A stretch of DNA of 64,000 nucleotides from Candidatus Lustribacter sp. (GTDB lineage Bacteria > Vulcanimicrobiota > Vulcanimicrobiia > Vulcanimicrobiales > Vulcanimicrobiaceae). This document shows positions 19,056 to 27,977 of this stretch, in pieces. The position numbers and the translations under genes were made by a program. Under the pieces are notes generated by a model that saw nothing but the letters and a program-made list of their open reading frames with translations, did not search any database and had not been told where the DNA came from. The stretch is from the NCBI GenBank assembly GCA_965277805.1, contig OZ255842.1, forward strand, positions 448,001-512,000, given 5' to 3'. Each line of letters starts with the position of its first letter. The stretch's first letter is position 1.

Positions 19056-20255
19056 ATGGCGTCGTTCTCTCGCTTTGTAGCCCTCGCGGCCGCCGTCTCG
19101 CTCGGCGTCGCGCTCGCGCCGCCGCCGTCGACCGCGCAGACCGCGCAACCGCCGTTGAAGATCGGCCTGATCATGTCGATGACCGGCGGGGTGCCGTGGG
19201 CGCCGCAACAGTCGGCGGCAGCGGTCGGCGCCATCACGAAGCTCTACGGCGACACGGCGGGCGGGCGGAAGGTCCAGATCATCGTGCGCGACGACACCGG
19301 GATCGCGCCCGAAGTGGCGCGGCGTCAAGCGCAAGAGCTGATCGTACAAGACCACGTCGACATTCTGGTCGGCACGAACCTCACCCCGAACGCGATCGCG
19401 GTCGCGCAGGTGTCGACGCAAGCCAAGAAGCCGTTCTTCATCGTCAACTCGGCGACGTCGAACGTGATGAAGGATCAGCCTTACAGCGCGCGCTTCGGTT
19501 TCGACACCCAGACGATCGTGCCGCCGCTGGCCGTCTATGCCGAGAAGAATTACGGCAAAACCGCCTACTCGATCTTTCAGAACTACGGCCCGGGCATCGA
19601 TGCCGGCAAGTCGTTCGAGAAGAGCTTCACCGATGCGGGCGGGACGATGGTCGGTTCGGATCCGATTCCGGTGACCAACAAAGAATTCTCGGCCTACATC
19701 CAGCGCGTGCGCGATGCCAAGCCCGCGATCTTGTTCGTGTTTCTCAACGCCCAGGGCGGCGGCGCCGAGCTGCTCAAAAATATCGAGCAAGCCGGGCTGA
19801 TGAAGAGCGGCATTCATGTCGTCGCGACCGGCGACATCGTCGATGAATACATCAACCCGACGATCGCGGTTCCCCCGCTCGGCCTCGTCACCGCGTTCAA
19901 CTACTCGCGCATGCACAATTCGCCGACCAACGCGAAATTCGTGGCCGCCTATCACGCCGCGCAAGGCAACGACGGCGGGCCCGACTTCACCGCCGTGCAA
20001 GAATTCGACGCGCTGCATGCGGTGTACATGGTTGCGGATGCGCTGCACGGCGATCTCTCCGACCCCGACAAGGTGATGAGCGTCGTCAAGACGCTCAAGT
20101 TCGAAAGCCCGCGCGGGCAGTTCGCGATCGATCCGGCCACGCGCGATTCGGTGCAAAACGTCTACTTGCGCAAGCTGACGATGGTAAAGGGCCAACTCGA
20201 AAACATCGAGTTCGAAACCGTGCCGATGGTGAAGGATCCGACTGAAACCTACTAG
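19056..20255 (+). CDS. ABC substrate-binding protein (LivJ-type fold)
   Basis: Signal peptide, 'LKIGLIMSMTG', 'GRKVQIIVRDD', 'ESPRG'. Confidence 0.88.
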   Translation: MASFSRFVALAAAVSLGVALAPPPSTAQTAQPPLKIGLIMSMTGGVPWAPQQSAAAVGAITKLYGDTAGGRKVQIIVRDDTGIAPEVARRQAQELIVQDHVDILVGTNLTPNAIAVAQVSTQAKKPFFIVNSATSNVMKDQPYSARFGFDTQTIVPPLAVYAEKNYGKTAYSIFQNYGPGIDAGKSFEKSFTDAGGTMVGSDPIPVTNKEFSAYIQRVRDAKPAILFVFLNAQGGGAELLKNIEQAGLMKSGIHVVATGDIVDEYINPTIAVPPLGLVTAFNYSRMHNSPTNAKFVAAYHAAQGNDGGPDFTAVQEFDALHAVYMVADALHGDLSDPDKVMSVVKTLKFESPRGQFAIDPATRDSVQNVYLRKLTMVKGQLENIEFETVPMVKDPTETY

Positions 20256-21573
20256 GCTCGCGCTCGTTCTCGCCTTTGTCTGCGGGTGCGTGCTCCCGCA
20301 GGCGAAGGCGGCATCGGCGACACCGTGGCTCTTCGTCACCGACATCCATCTCATAGCGCGCTCGAGCGGCCAGAAACGGCCCTCACGCATCGGTCAGGAC
20401 ACCGATGCGGCGTTATGGGAGTCGGCGGTGCACGCGATGCAGCGCGCCGATCCCGACCCGCCGGTTGTGGTCGTGACCGGCGACTTGCTCGCACACCACA
20501 TCACGCGGCGCGACTCGGCGCCGACCGCCGTCGCGATCGCGCAGCGCCTCGGCCGCGCGTTTCCGCACGCGCAGTTCGTCTTAGCGCTGGGTAACGAAGA
20601 TTCGGCGTGCGGCGACTACGCGGTCGCGCCCGACGCGGCGTTCTTGCGTACGGTGGCCGCGGCATGGGGACCGCTCGTCAACCGCCGCGGCGCAGCGCCG
20701 GACTTCATGCGCACGTTCGTGCATGATGGCTTCTACACCGCAACGCTGCCGATTGCCGGGCTGCACGTGATCGTGGTCGACGACGTCTTCTGGTCGCCGC
20801 GCTATCGCGCCGGCTGCGGCAAGGCCGGAAACGTGGTCAACGGATCGTTCACCGAACTCGAGTCGGCGCTGCACGCGCTGCGGGGCCCGGTGTGGGTGCT
20901 CTTTCACATTCCGCCGGGCGTCGATACGTTCTCGACCGCGCTGATTTCCAAACGCACCGTCATCGTGCCGTTCATGCGGCCGGATCTGCGCGACCGCTTC
21001 ACGGCCGATCTGGCCGCGAAACACGTCGCGCTCGCGGTGGCGGGACACACGCACAAGTTCGCCTACCGCATCGTCGATGCCGGCGGTCCCGATCCGGTGC
21101 CGATGCTGCTCGTTCCGGCGATCTCGCCGATCTTCGGCAATTATCCGGCCTTTCTCACGGCCGACGTCAGCGATGACGGCACGTTGCGCCACGTCGAGGC
21201 CACCTCGTACGCGCACGGCCGCTGGAGTGCTATCGGCGGGATGCCGTCGCTCGGCGTCGATGCGTTCACCGGCAAGGCGCTCGTCGATTTGCAGGCGCGC
21301 CTCGCGGCGAATCCGTCGTTGCGGCCCGAGTTCGAGCGGCTCTATAACGCCGGTGCGCCGTCGGAGATCAACGAGCGGAACTGGCCGATCTACTGGTGCG
21401 CCGCCACCGCCCTCGCGACGACGCCGTTTCGCAATTGCACCCAAGCCGGCGGCTTCAGCTTCATCACGCAGCGCGGGCTCGAGCTGGCCGGCGGCGTGGT
21501 GCTGTTCGTGATCGCCGCCGTGATCGCGATCGATCGCCGGCAGCGCTTGCGCCGGCGCAGGCTAGGGCTTTAG
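20242..21573 (+). CDS. Secreted metallophosphoesterase (sphingomyelin phosphodiesterase-like), probable CTG start
   Basis: TDIH, TGDLLAH, LGNED, FHIPPG, AGHTH; signal peptide complete only from CTG 20242; C-terminal TM. Confidence 0.82.
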   Translation: MKPTRLALVLAFVCGCVLPQAKAASATPWLFVTDIHLIARSSGQKRPSRIGQDTDAALWESAVHAMQRADPDPPVVVVTGDLLAHHITRRDSAPTAVAIAQRLGRAFPHAQFVLALGNEDSACGDYAVAPDAAFLRTVAAAWGPLVNRRGAAPDFMRTFVHDGFYTATLPIAGLHVIVVDDVFWSPRYRAGCGKAGNVVNGSFTELESALHALRGPVWVLFHIPPGVDTFSTALISKRTVIVPFMRPDLRDRFTADLAAKHVALAVAGHTHKFAYRIVDAGGPDPVPMLLVPAISPIFGNYPAFLTADVSDDGTLRHVEATSYAHGRWSAIGGMPSLGVDAFTGKALVDLQARLAANPSLRPEFERLYNAGAPSEINERNWPIYWCAATALATTPFRNCTQAGGFSFITQRGLELAGGVVLFVIAAVIAIDRRQRLRRRRLGL

Positions 21574-22182
21574 CCCGTTCATCGCCAGTTCCAGCTGCCG
21601 GCGCAAACGGGCGATGCCGTCAGGCACTTGCGGATCGCGTTCGCTGAGCCAGAAGCGCGCGTGCGCGAGGTAGGTGCCCATGAGGAAGAGCGCGATCGTT
21701 TCCGGATCGTCGGGCTTGCCGAGCCGTCCCGCGCGCTGCTCTTCATCGACGAGCTCGGCGATGCGGTCGAGCATGCGATAGCGCCGGCGATAGAAGCGCT
21801 CCGTTTCGCTCGGAACGTCTTTCACGCGGGCCGAGGCGGTCTCGTGCAGTGCGAACGTCGAGAGTTCGGGGTCGCGCACCCAATAACGGTAGCGCGGTTC
21901 GAAGAGCGCGATCAGCTTGTCGAGAAACGGTCCTTCGCGGCGCAGGTTGGCGAGCGAGGCCTCGGTGACCGCCTCGAGATCGTCGTTGACGATCGTCATC
22001 AGCAGGTCGCGTTTATCGCGCGCGTAGACGAAGACCGTGCCGACGGCGACGCCGGCGCGCGCGGCGATCTCACGCGTGGTCGCGTTCTCATAACCGTGTT
22101 CGAGAAACACGGCGCGCGCGGCTTCGAGGACACGCCGGCGCCGCTCCGCTTTATTACGCTCGCGAACGCCTTCCTGAATCAT
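21562..22182 (-). CDS. TetR/AcrR family regulator
   Basis: 'GYENATTREIAARAGVAVGTVFVY'. Confidence 0.92.
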   Translation of the reverse strand: MIQEGVRERNKAERRRRVLEAARAVFLEHGYENATTREIAARAGVAVGTVFVYARDKRDLLMTIVNDDLEAVTEASLANLRREGPFLDKLIALFEPRYRYWVRDPELSTFALHETASARVKDVPSETERFYRRRYRMLDRIAELVDEEQRAGRLGKPDDPETIALFLMGTYLAHARFWLSERDPQVPDGIARLRRQLELAMNGLKP

Positions 22183-22216
22183 CCCGCGAAGCTTCCGCTA
22201 GCGGGGGCTCAGGTCC

Positions 22217-22780
22217 TTAGCCGGTCTTCTTGTAGGCCGACTCATTCGCGGGCGTCGGACGCGCGGCGCGGCGGATCGGGGCGGCGGCCGGAACCTGTGA
22301 GGGGGCGGGCGACTCGAAGCGGGTCGTGGCGGTCGGCACGGGCACGGGGGCGGGTTCGGGAACGGCGCGGGGCCGGACCACCTTGTTGGCCGCCGACGGC
22401 GGGGCGAAGCCGGGCGTGCGCATCTTGGGCGCGACGGCTTCCGGCGAGGTGGTCGCGCGCGGCGGATAGGCCATCGGGTTGTCTTCGAGCGGGTGCACGT
22501 AGCCGCCGCGGACCAGGTATGTCTGCGGTTCGGTGACCGAGCGGGCCACATTCCAGGTGGCGCCGCGGCCGCGGTAGCGGCTCTCGATGATCGCGGCGCC
22601 CGCGCGCACGAGCGGTTCGCCCGCCGGGCCGGAGTCGTCGATGACCTCGTAGCGGTAGCTGTACGTCTTGGGAATCGGGCGCCGGAAATTCTCTTTGGTG
22701 CTGACGCTGACGAACTTCCCGTTATGGGGAACCTGCGGATTCGTGTTGGCCGGCGGAGTCTTCGCGTTCTTGGCAGCCAT
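22217..22780 (-). CDS. Hypothetical protein with Pro/Ala-rich C-terminal tail
   Basis: GAGGG RBS upstream; complex N-terminal half, low-complexity C-terminal half. Confidence 0.65.
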   Translation of the reverse strand: MAAKNAKTPPANTNPQVPHNGKFVSVSTKENFRRPIPKTYSYRYEVIDDSGPAGEPLVRAGAAIIESRYRGRGATWNVARSVTEPQTYLVRGGYVHPLEDNPMAYPPRATTSPEAVAPKMRTPGFAPPSAANKVVRPRAVPEPAPVPVPTATTRFESPAPSQVPAAAPIRRAARPTPANESAYKKTG

Positions 22781-22833
22781 CGTTTGCCCTCAAGACTGAT
22801 CAGGCGGGAAGCACCCGCCCGCTTGGCAGCACT

Positions 22834-22842
22834 AATGTACCA
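22834..22842 (-). promoter_or_regulatory. Putative extended -10 promoter (TGgTACATT)
   Basis: Upstream of the 22780 gene; leader contains a ggcggg/cccgcc hairpin at 22803-22819. Confidence 0.45.
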
Positions 22843-22909
22843 CGACGTGATTCCGCCCGGCCACTCCCAAGATCGGGTGAGGGAGGGCAGTCACACTTTG
22901 GCGCCGGGC

Positions 22910-24950
22910 TCAGGCGAGTACGAGGGCCTCGGCGCCGAAATAGTCGCGCCGGGTCGCTGCGATGGCGGCCGCGTCGAGGTCACCGCTATCGATCAGCCGC
23001 TCGAACAGACGCCGCCCCGCGGCCGGCTCGGCGAGACGCCGGTCCAGCGCCTCGCGCGCGATGAAGCCGCGCCCGACGAGCCAGGCGCCGATCGGCATCC
23101 GCCGTTCGCCCGAATGGCTATAGGCGCGCTCGAGGGCGGCTTTGAGGCGTTCGGGCTCCACCAAGAGCGTCGTCACCGGCAGGCCGGCGGCAGTGCGCAC
23201 GGCATCGAGGATTTGGCGCGGGACGACATCGGCCACGCCGGCTTCGAGGCTGCCGTCGCAGATGCGCAACGGGACGATGCCCAGCTCGCGCGCCAGCGCT
23301 TCGGGCACGAGTGCGGCGGCGGCGGGATCGATGATCAGGTCGTCGCCGGTGCCGTGCGCGACGCCGTGCTGTTCGGCCAGCGCTTCGACGAGGTCGCGCG
23401 GCTGCACCATCTCGAGGCGCAGCAGGGTATCGCCGATCCGTTCGCCCTCGAGCTGGTTGCCGAGCGCGTGCGCAAGCTGCGTCTTGTCGATCTTCTGCTG
23501 ATCGACGAGCACGTCGCCGAGCTGGCGGCGGAATTCGCGCAGCACGCTCGCCGACGGGAAGACGTGGGCGGTTTTGTTCCAGGACATGTCGCGCCGGTCG
23601 TGGAGCGCGTGGAAGAAGAGCGTAAGCGCGCGCAAGGTCGCGAGGCCGTTGATGATCGCGCCCCACGGCTGGCGGAAGATCGCGAGGATCCCTTGCAACG
23701 AGCCGTAGACGGCCGAGACGAAGATCGCCTTCTGCAGTAAGCGCCACAGCGTGAGGAACAGCACCAGATCGAGCAGCAGCCACAAGTAGTGGTTGTTGCC
23801 GACGCTGGGCACGGCGACGCGCCGGTCGAAGCCGTGCCACAGTTCCAGCAGCAATACCGGCGCGATCACGACGTAACCGCACAGCGCGAAGAGATTCGTG
23901 AACAGACCCTTGCGGTCGCGATAGAGCGAATAGCGGGTCGCCGCGTTGCCGCGCCAGCCCAACGTTTGCCACGCTTGCAGGCAGATGCCGGCGACCCAGC
24001 GCGATTTCTGGCGAACGGCGGTCGAAAGATGGTCGGGAAAGTGCGCGCGTGGCGACATACGATGCGGCGGTGCTGTACTTGTGGCCGCGCTGACCGAGCC
24101 GCTGATGCACGAGGATCGTCGAATAGCCGCGCAGGCTCAAGCGCAGCGCGGTTTGGTAGTCCTCGGTGATCGTGCGGCTGGGGAAAACTTCGAGTTCGCT
24201 CTCACCGACGGCCGCGAGTGCTTCGCGTCCAAACGCGCAGCCGACGCCAGCGCACGGCACGAAGCTGCCCATCGCTTCGCGCATCACCATGTCTTTGAGA
24301 TGGTTCTCGGCGAATTCGTCGACGTACGTCCACGAGGTCCACTCATTCCACGGGCGTTCGAGCGGCAGCACGGGCAACTGGACCATGTCGAAGCGCGGCA
24401 TCAGGTGGTTGTACACGCGCAGCGAGAGCGGGTGGATCACGTCTTCGACGTCGTGCAGCACGACGATCGCGTACGGGTTGCCGGCTTCCTCGCGTTGCAC
24501 GGCCGCGAACATCTGGTTGAGGTTCTGCGCTTTGGTGGTGGGACCGGGCAGCTCGTTGATGACCGGATGCACGCGCGGCGAACGTTTGGCGGCGGCCTTC
24601 ACTTCGCGCACGGTCTCTTCGTCGTTCGGATAGACGCCGACAAAGATATCGTAGTTGCTGTAATCGAGCGACGTGCAGGCGAACTCGAGCATCGGTCCGA
24701 GGATGCCGGCTTCGTGCCAGCACGGCACCATGAGCGCAATGCGCTTCTCGGGTTGTTCGCGCAGCGCTTCGATCGTAAGCCGCGGATATTTGCGCAGCAG
24801 GCTGATCGCCCAGCGCCAGGCGGCGCGCATCCAGAACGCGAGGTCACCGCATAGATCGTCGAAACCGAGCAGTACGTAGACCGCAGCGATGACGATGGTC
24901 GCGATGCCGAGGACGTGCGCGACGGGGAGCGTTACTCCCGCGGGATTCAA
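22910..24950 (-). pseudogene. NfrB-like GT2 glycosyltransferase with MshEN-type C-terminal region, frameshifted
   Basis: 'IALMVPCWHE', 'GVYPND', 'GPTTKAQNLN', 'HDVED', 'VPCAGVG', 'ITEDY' in one frame; 'FPDHLSTAVRQKSRW', 'WNKTAH', 'RQLGDVLV' in another; break near 24045. Confidence 0.85.
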
Positions 24951-25069
24951 GGACGTTGGTGCGATGCGACCGAGACGGCGAGAACGACAACGACCGAAAA
25001 CGCGCAGAGGATCATTGTCATTGAGCTTTGGATCGGATCGACGAGCAGTTGGGCTAACACATCCATCAT
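24947..25069 (-). CDS. Small single-TM protein (40 aa)
   Basis: MMDVLAQLLVDPIQSSMTMILCAFSVVVVLAVSVASHQRP; its TGA overlaps the TTG start of the NfrB-like gene. Confidence 0.5.
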   Translation of the reverse strand: MMDVLAQLLVDPIQSSMTMILCAFSVVVVLAVSVASHQRP

Positions 25070-25225
25070 GGTCGCACGCACGAATAATGGGCGATAGGTG
25101 CAAGCGTTAAGCGACGGAACCGATCGCCTCAAAATTTGGTAAAGCCGGGCAAAACGTTACCGTCGCTTGACGGTGGACGGGCCGAGGGAACGTCCCGGCT
25201 CGTGGGCAACGTTGCGGGAGAGGGT

Positions 25226-25903
25226 ATGCAACCACCAGAGATCCGGCGCGCCGTCCGGTTGAACGACGGCGACACGGTCCCGTTTCAGACGGTCGAAGGG
25301 TCGCTCGACCGTCCTACCGCGCGCGCCGCGAGCATCAAGCTCACCGAGAAGGCGCCGCCGAAATTGGCGAAGATGCTGCTGCCGGGCGAACGCATCACGT
25401 TCGGGACCGCAGTGCATCCGGTCGTACTGCTGCTGCCGCTCTTTTATCTGATCGCGTTGCCGGTGGCGTTTTCCGCGTTGCAATGGTACGGGCACATGCA
25501 CGCGCACCTGTGGTTTGCGGAAGGCGTGTGGCCGAAGGTCGAGACCGGTATCGAACTTGCGCTCTTGGCCGCGTCGCTCGGACTGCTGGTAAAACGCGCG
25601 TTCCGCTTTCTCAGCTTGCGCATCGTGGCGACGAACCGGCGCATCTTCGCGATCCGAGGCGTCATCATTCGCCGCATCACCCCGCTCGGCAACACCGCGC
25701 TTGCGGGCTCCACGCTATCGCAAGGCTTCTTCGGCCGGATGTTCGGCTACGGTTCGATCGACTTGCCGTTGGCCGACGGCACGCCCGACCGGTTTCGCGA
25801 CATGCGCGACGCGCTGCAGCTCTACCGTGAATTCCAAGCCGTTGCGAACGGCGTCGACGGCGATGAGTGGAAGCCCGCCGTCCGCCAAACGATCATACCC
25901 TAA
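25226..25903 (+). CDS. Membrane protein with bacterial PH (bPH_2-like) domain
   Basis: 'LLPGE', two TM, 'TNRRI...GVI', 'QGFFGRMFGYGSI'. Confidence 0.8.
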   Translation: MQPPEIRRAVRLNDGDTVPFQTVEGSLDRPTARAASIKLTEKAPPKLAKMLLPGERITFGTAVHPVVLLLPLFYLIALPVAFSALQWYGHMHAHLWFAEGVWPKVETGIELALLAASLGLLVKRAFRFLSLRIVATNRRIFAIRGVIIRRITPLGNTALAGSTLSQGFFGRMFGYGSIDLPLADGTPDRFRDMRDALQLYREFQAVANGVDGDEWKPAVRQTIIP

Positions 25904-25940
25904 GCAAGGCCGCTCGCTCGCCCGCTGAGAAGGGGGCGCG

Positions 25941-26891
25941 ATGCAACATCTTTCGCGTTCACGGGCACTCGGCGTCATCGCAGCGGGCGCGGCACTGCTT
26001 CCTCGCATGGCGACGGCGCAGAGCGCGCTCGTGCCGTTGCGCGTCGGCAGCGTCGCGGCGGACACGTACGCCGGCGGTTACTACGCGCTCGATCTGGGGC
26101 TCTTCGAGAAAGCCGGCCTCGGCGTCGAGATCACGCCGTTTGCCAACGGTGCGGCGATGGCCGCCGCGGCGGCCGGCGGCAGCATCGACGTCGGCATCGG
26201 CGACGCCACCGAACTCGCGAACGGCATCAGCCGCGGCATTCCGTTCGTGCTGCTCGCCGGCGGCGGCGTCTACGCGACCGCAGCCCCGACCACGACGCTG
26301 TGCATCAGCAAAACGTCGACCATCGCGAAAGCGTCGGACCTCGAGGGGCAGACCGTGGCAGTGGTTTCGCTCGTGTCGCTGATGAGCGCGGCCGTGAAGA
26401 GCTGGCTCACGCAAAACGGCGCCGACATCACAAAGATCAAGTTCGTCGAGATGCCGTTCCCGCAAATGCCGGGCGCGCTGTCGCGCGGTGCGCTGCAAGC
26501 GGCGACGTTGAGCGAGCCGATCATGAGCGACGCGCTCGCCGCCGACGCCAAAATCTTCGCCAAGCCGTACGACGCGATCGCGAAACAGTTCTACATCAGC
26601 GACTGGTTCACCACACGCGATTGGCTCGCGAAGAACCTCGACGTTGCAAAACGCTTCGTCGGCGCGATCTACGACGCCGCGCGCTGGGCCAACGCCCACC
26701 ACGACGATTCCGCCGCCATTCTCTCGAAATACACGAAGATCGACGTCGACCGCATCAAACGCATGAACCGCTCCGGCTATGCCACCGACCTCAAGGCGTC
26801 CCTGGTGCAACCCGTGCTGGACACGGCCTTCAAATACAAAGCCCTCGCAACCGCCACCCAAGCCACCGCAATGATCGCCAAAGGCTTCTAA
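25941..26891 (+). CDS. SsuA/NMT1-like ABC substrate-binding protein
   Basis: 'GLFEKAGLGVEI', 'GGSIDVG', 'DLEGQTVAV', 'KFVEMPF'. Confidence 0.88.
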   Translation: MQHLSRSRALGVIAAGAALLPRMATAQSALVPLRVGSVAADTYAGGYYALDLGLFEKAGLGVEITPFANGAAMAAAAAGGSIDVGIGDATELANGISRGIPFVLLAGGGVYATAAPTTTLCISKTSTIAKASDLEGQTVAVVSLVSLMSAAVKSWLTQNGADITKIKFVEMPFPQMPGALSRGALQAATLSEPIMSDALAADAKIFAKPYDAIAKQFYISDWFTTRDWLAKNLDVAKRFVGAIYDAARWANAHHDDSAAILSKYTKIDVDRIKRMNRSGYATDLKASLVQPVLDTAFKYKALATATQATAMIAKGF

Positions 26892-26896
26892 AGGAG

Positions 26897-26919
26897 AGCC
26901 CGCTAGCGCGGGCTTTTTT
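26897..26919 (+). terminator. Intrinsic terminator
   Basis: agcccgc-tagc-gcgggct plus T6, just after the stop codon. Confidence 0.85.
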
Positions 26920-26921
26920 AA

Positions 26922-27127
26922 TGTCATCCCGAGTGGAGCGCCGATAGGCGCGTAATCGAGGGACGCGCCACGACCTTGGCGATCGAGTGCGAGCGCGAAG
27001 GCGCGAGCAGTGGTGTAAAAAAAGCGGAGAAGTAACCACTGCTCCCGCCTTCGCGGTCGCACTCCAAGTGTAGAGATTGTCTCGGTCCCTCGACGACGCG
27101 CCTGACGGCGCTTTGCTCGGGATGACA
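26922..27127. repeat. Full-length palindromic REP/MITE-like element (copy A)
   Basis: 43-bp terminal IR (26922-26964 / 27085-27127, 36 of 43 match) with a nested 30-bp IR (26985-27014 / 27035-27064, 28 of 30). Confidence 0.88.
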
Positions 27128-27147
27128 AGTTAGGGGAACGTCAGCTT

Positions 27148-27174
27148 AAAAAAAGCCCGCGTATCACGCGGGCT
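27148..27174 (-). terminator. Intrinsic terminator for rpiA-hyi
   Basis: agcccgcgt-gat-acgcgggct plus T7 on the minus strand. Confidence 0.85.
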
Positions 27175-27197
27175 CTCCCTTTTTGGGAGCATGATGG

Positions 27198-27977
27198 CTA
27201 TTTGAGATACGGCGCCGTCCAGCTGAGGCCGGCTTCTGTTGTTGCGGCGGGTTTGTATTCGAGGCCGACGTAGTTGGGGTAGTTGTCGGCGTCGAGTTGG
27301 GCTAGGGCGGCGGTGATGTTGAGGTCGCCGGTGTTGGGTTCGTGGCGGTCGGGGCAGCCGGCGATTTGCACGTGCGCGAAGCGGCCGCGCAGTTCGTGCG
27401 CGCGCTCGATTGCGCGGCCTTCGGTGTGGAAGACGTGGTAGAAGTCGAATTGCAGCGCGACGTTGGGCTGCGCGACGCGGTCGAGAATCCCGATCGCTTG
27501 CGTGGTCGACTGCAAGACGTAGGTCGGATTTTCTTTTGCGTTCAGCGGCTCGATCGTCAGCGTGATGCCCTCGGCCGCGCAGCGCGGTGCGGTAGCGGTG
27601 AGGTTCGCAACCAGCGTGTCTTCGTGTGCGCAGAGCGCAACGCCGTTGACGCGCAGGCCCGACATCGCATGCAGCCGCGGACAACCCGTGGTTTTCGCGT
27701 AGGTTAGCGCGAGTTCGAGACCGGCCGCGAAGCGCGTTTCGTCACCCGGGCGCGCAGCGAATCCGCGTTCGCCCTTCGACATATCACCGGCCGGAAGGTT
27801 GATGAGCACGAGTGCGAGATCGTGCGCCCGCAGCTCCGAGGCGATCTCGTCCGCCGTGAGTTCGTACGGCCACAGAATTTCGACGGCCCGGAACCCGCAG
27901 GCCGCCGCCGCGGCAAAGCGTTCGCGCAGCGGCCGCTCCGTGAAGAGCCAGCTCAGGTTCGCCGACAGTTTGGGCAC
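27198..27977 (-). CDS. hyi: Hydroxypyruvate isomerase family protein
   Basis: 'KLSANLSWLF', 'GFRAVE', 'IEPLN', 'QFDFYH', 'HVQIA', 'RHEP', 'VGLEY'. Confidence 0.9.
   Translation of the reverse strand: MPKLSANLSWLFTERPLRERFAAAAACGFRAVEILWPYELTADEIASELRAHDLALVLINLPAGDMSKGERGFAARPGDETRFAAGLELALTYAKTTGCPRLHAMSGLRVNGVALCAHEDTLVANLTATAPRCAAEGITLTIEPLNAKENPTYVLQSTTQAIGILDRVAQPNVALQFDFYHVFHTEGRAIERAHELRGRFAHVQIAGCPDRHEPNTGDLNITAALAQLDADNYPNYVGLEYKPAATTEAGLSWTAPYLK

Noticed and set aside
22217-22500. Strong G-rich skew on the plus strand as another rut-like tract
   Set aside because: Largely explained by Pro/Ala/Thr codons of the minus-strand gene tail
25147-25190. c-di-GMP-I riboswitch (GGCAAAAC, hairpin, GGACG)
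   Set aside because: No GNRA tetraloop, no GCAAAG and no recognisable P3; it also points away from the NfrB-like gene
26922-27127. CRISPR array or tRNA
   Set aside because: Inverted repeats rather than regularly spaced direct repeats; no cas genes and no cloverleaf
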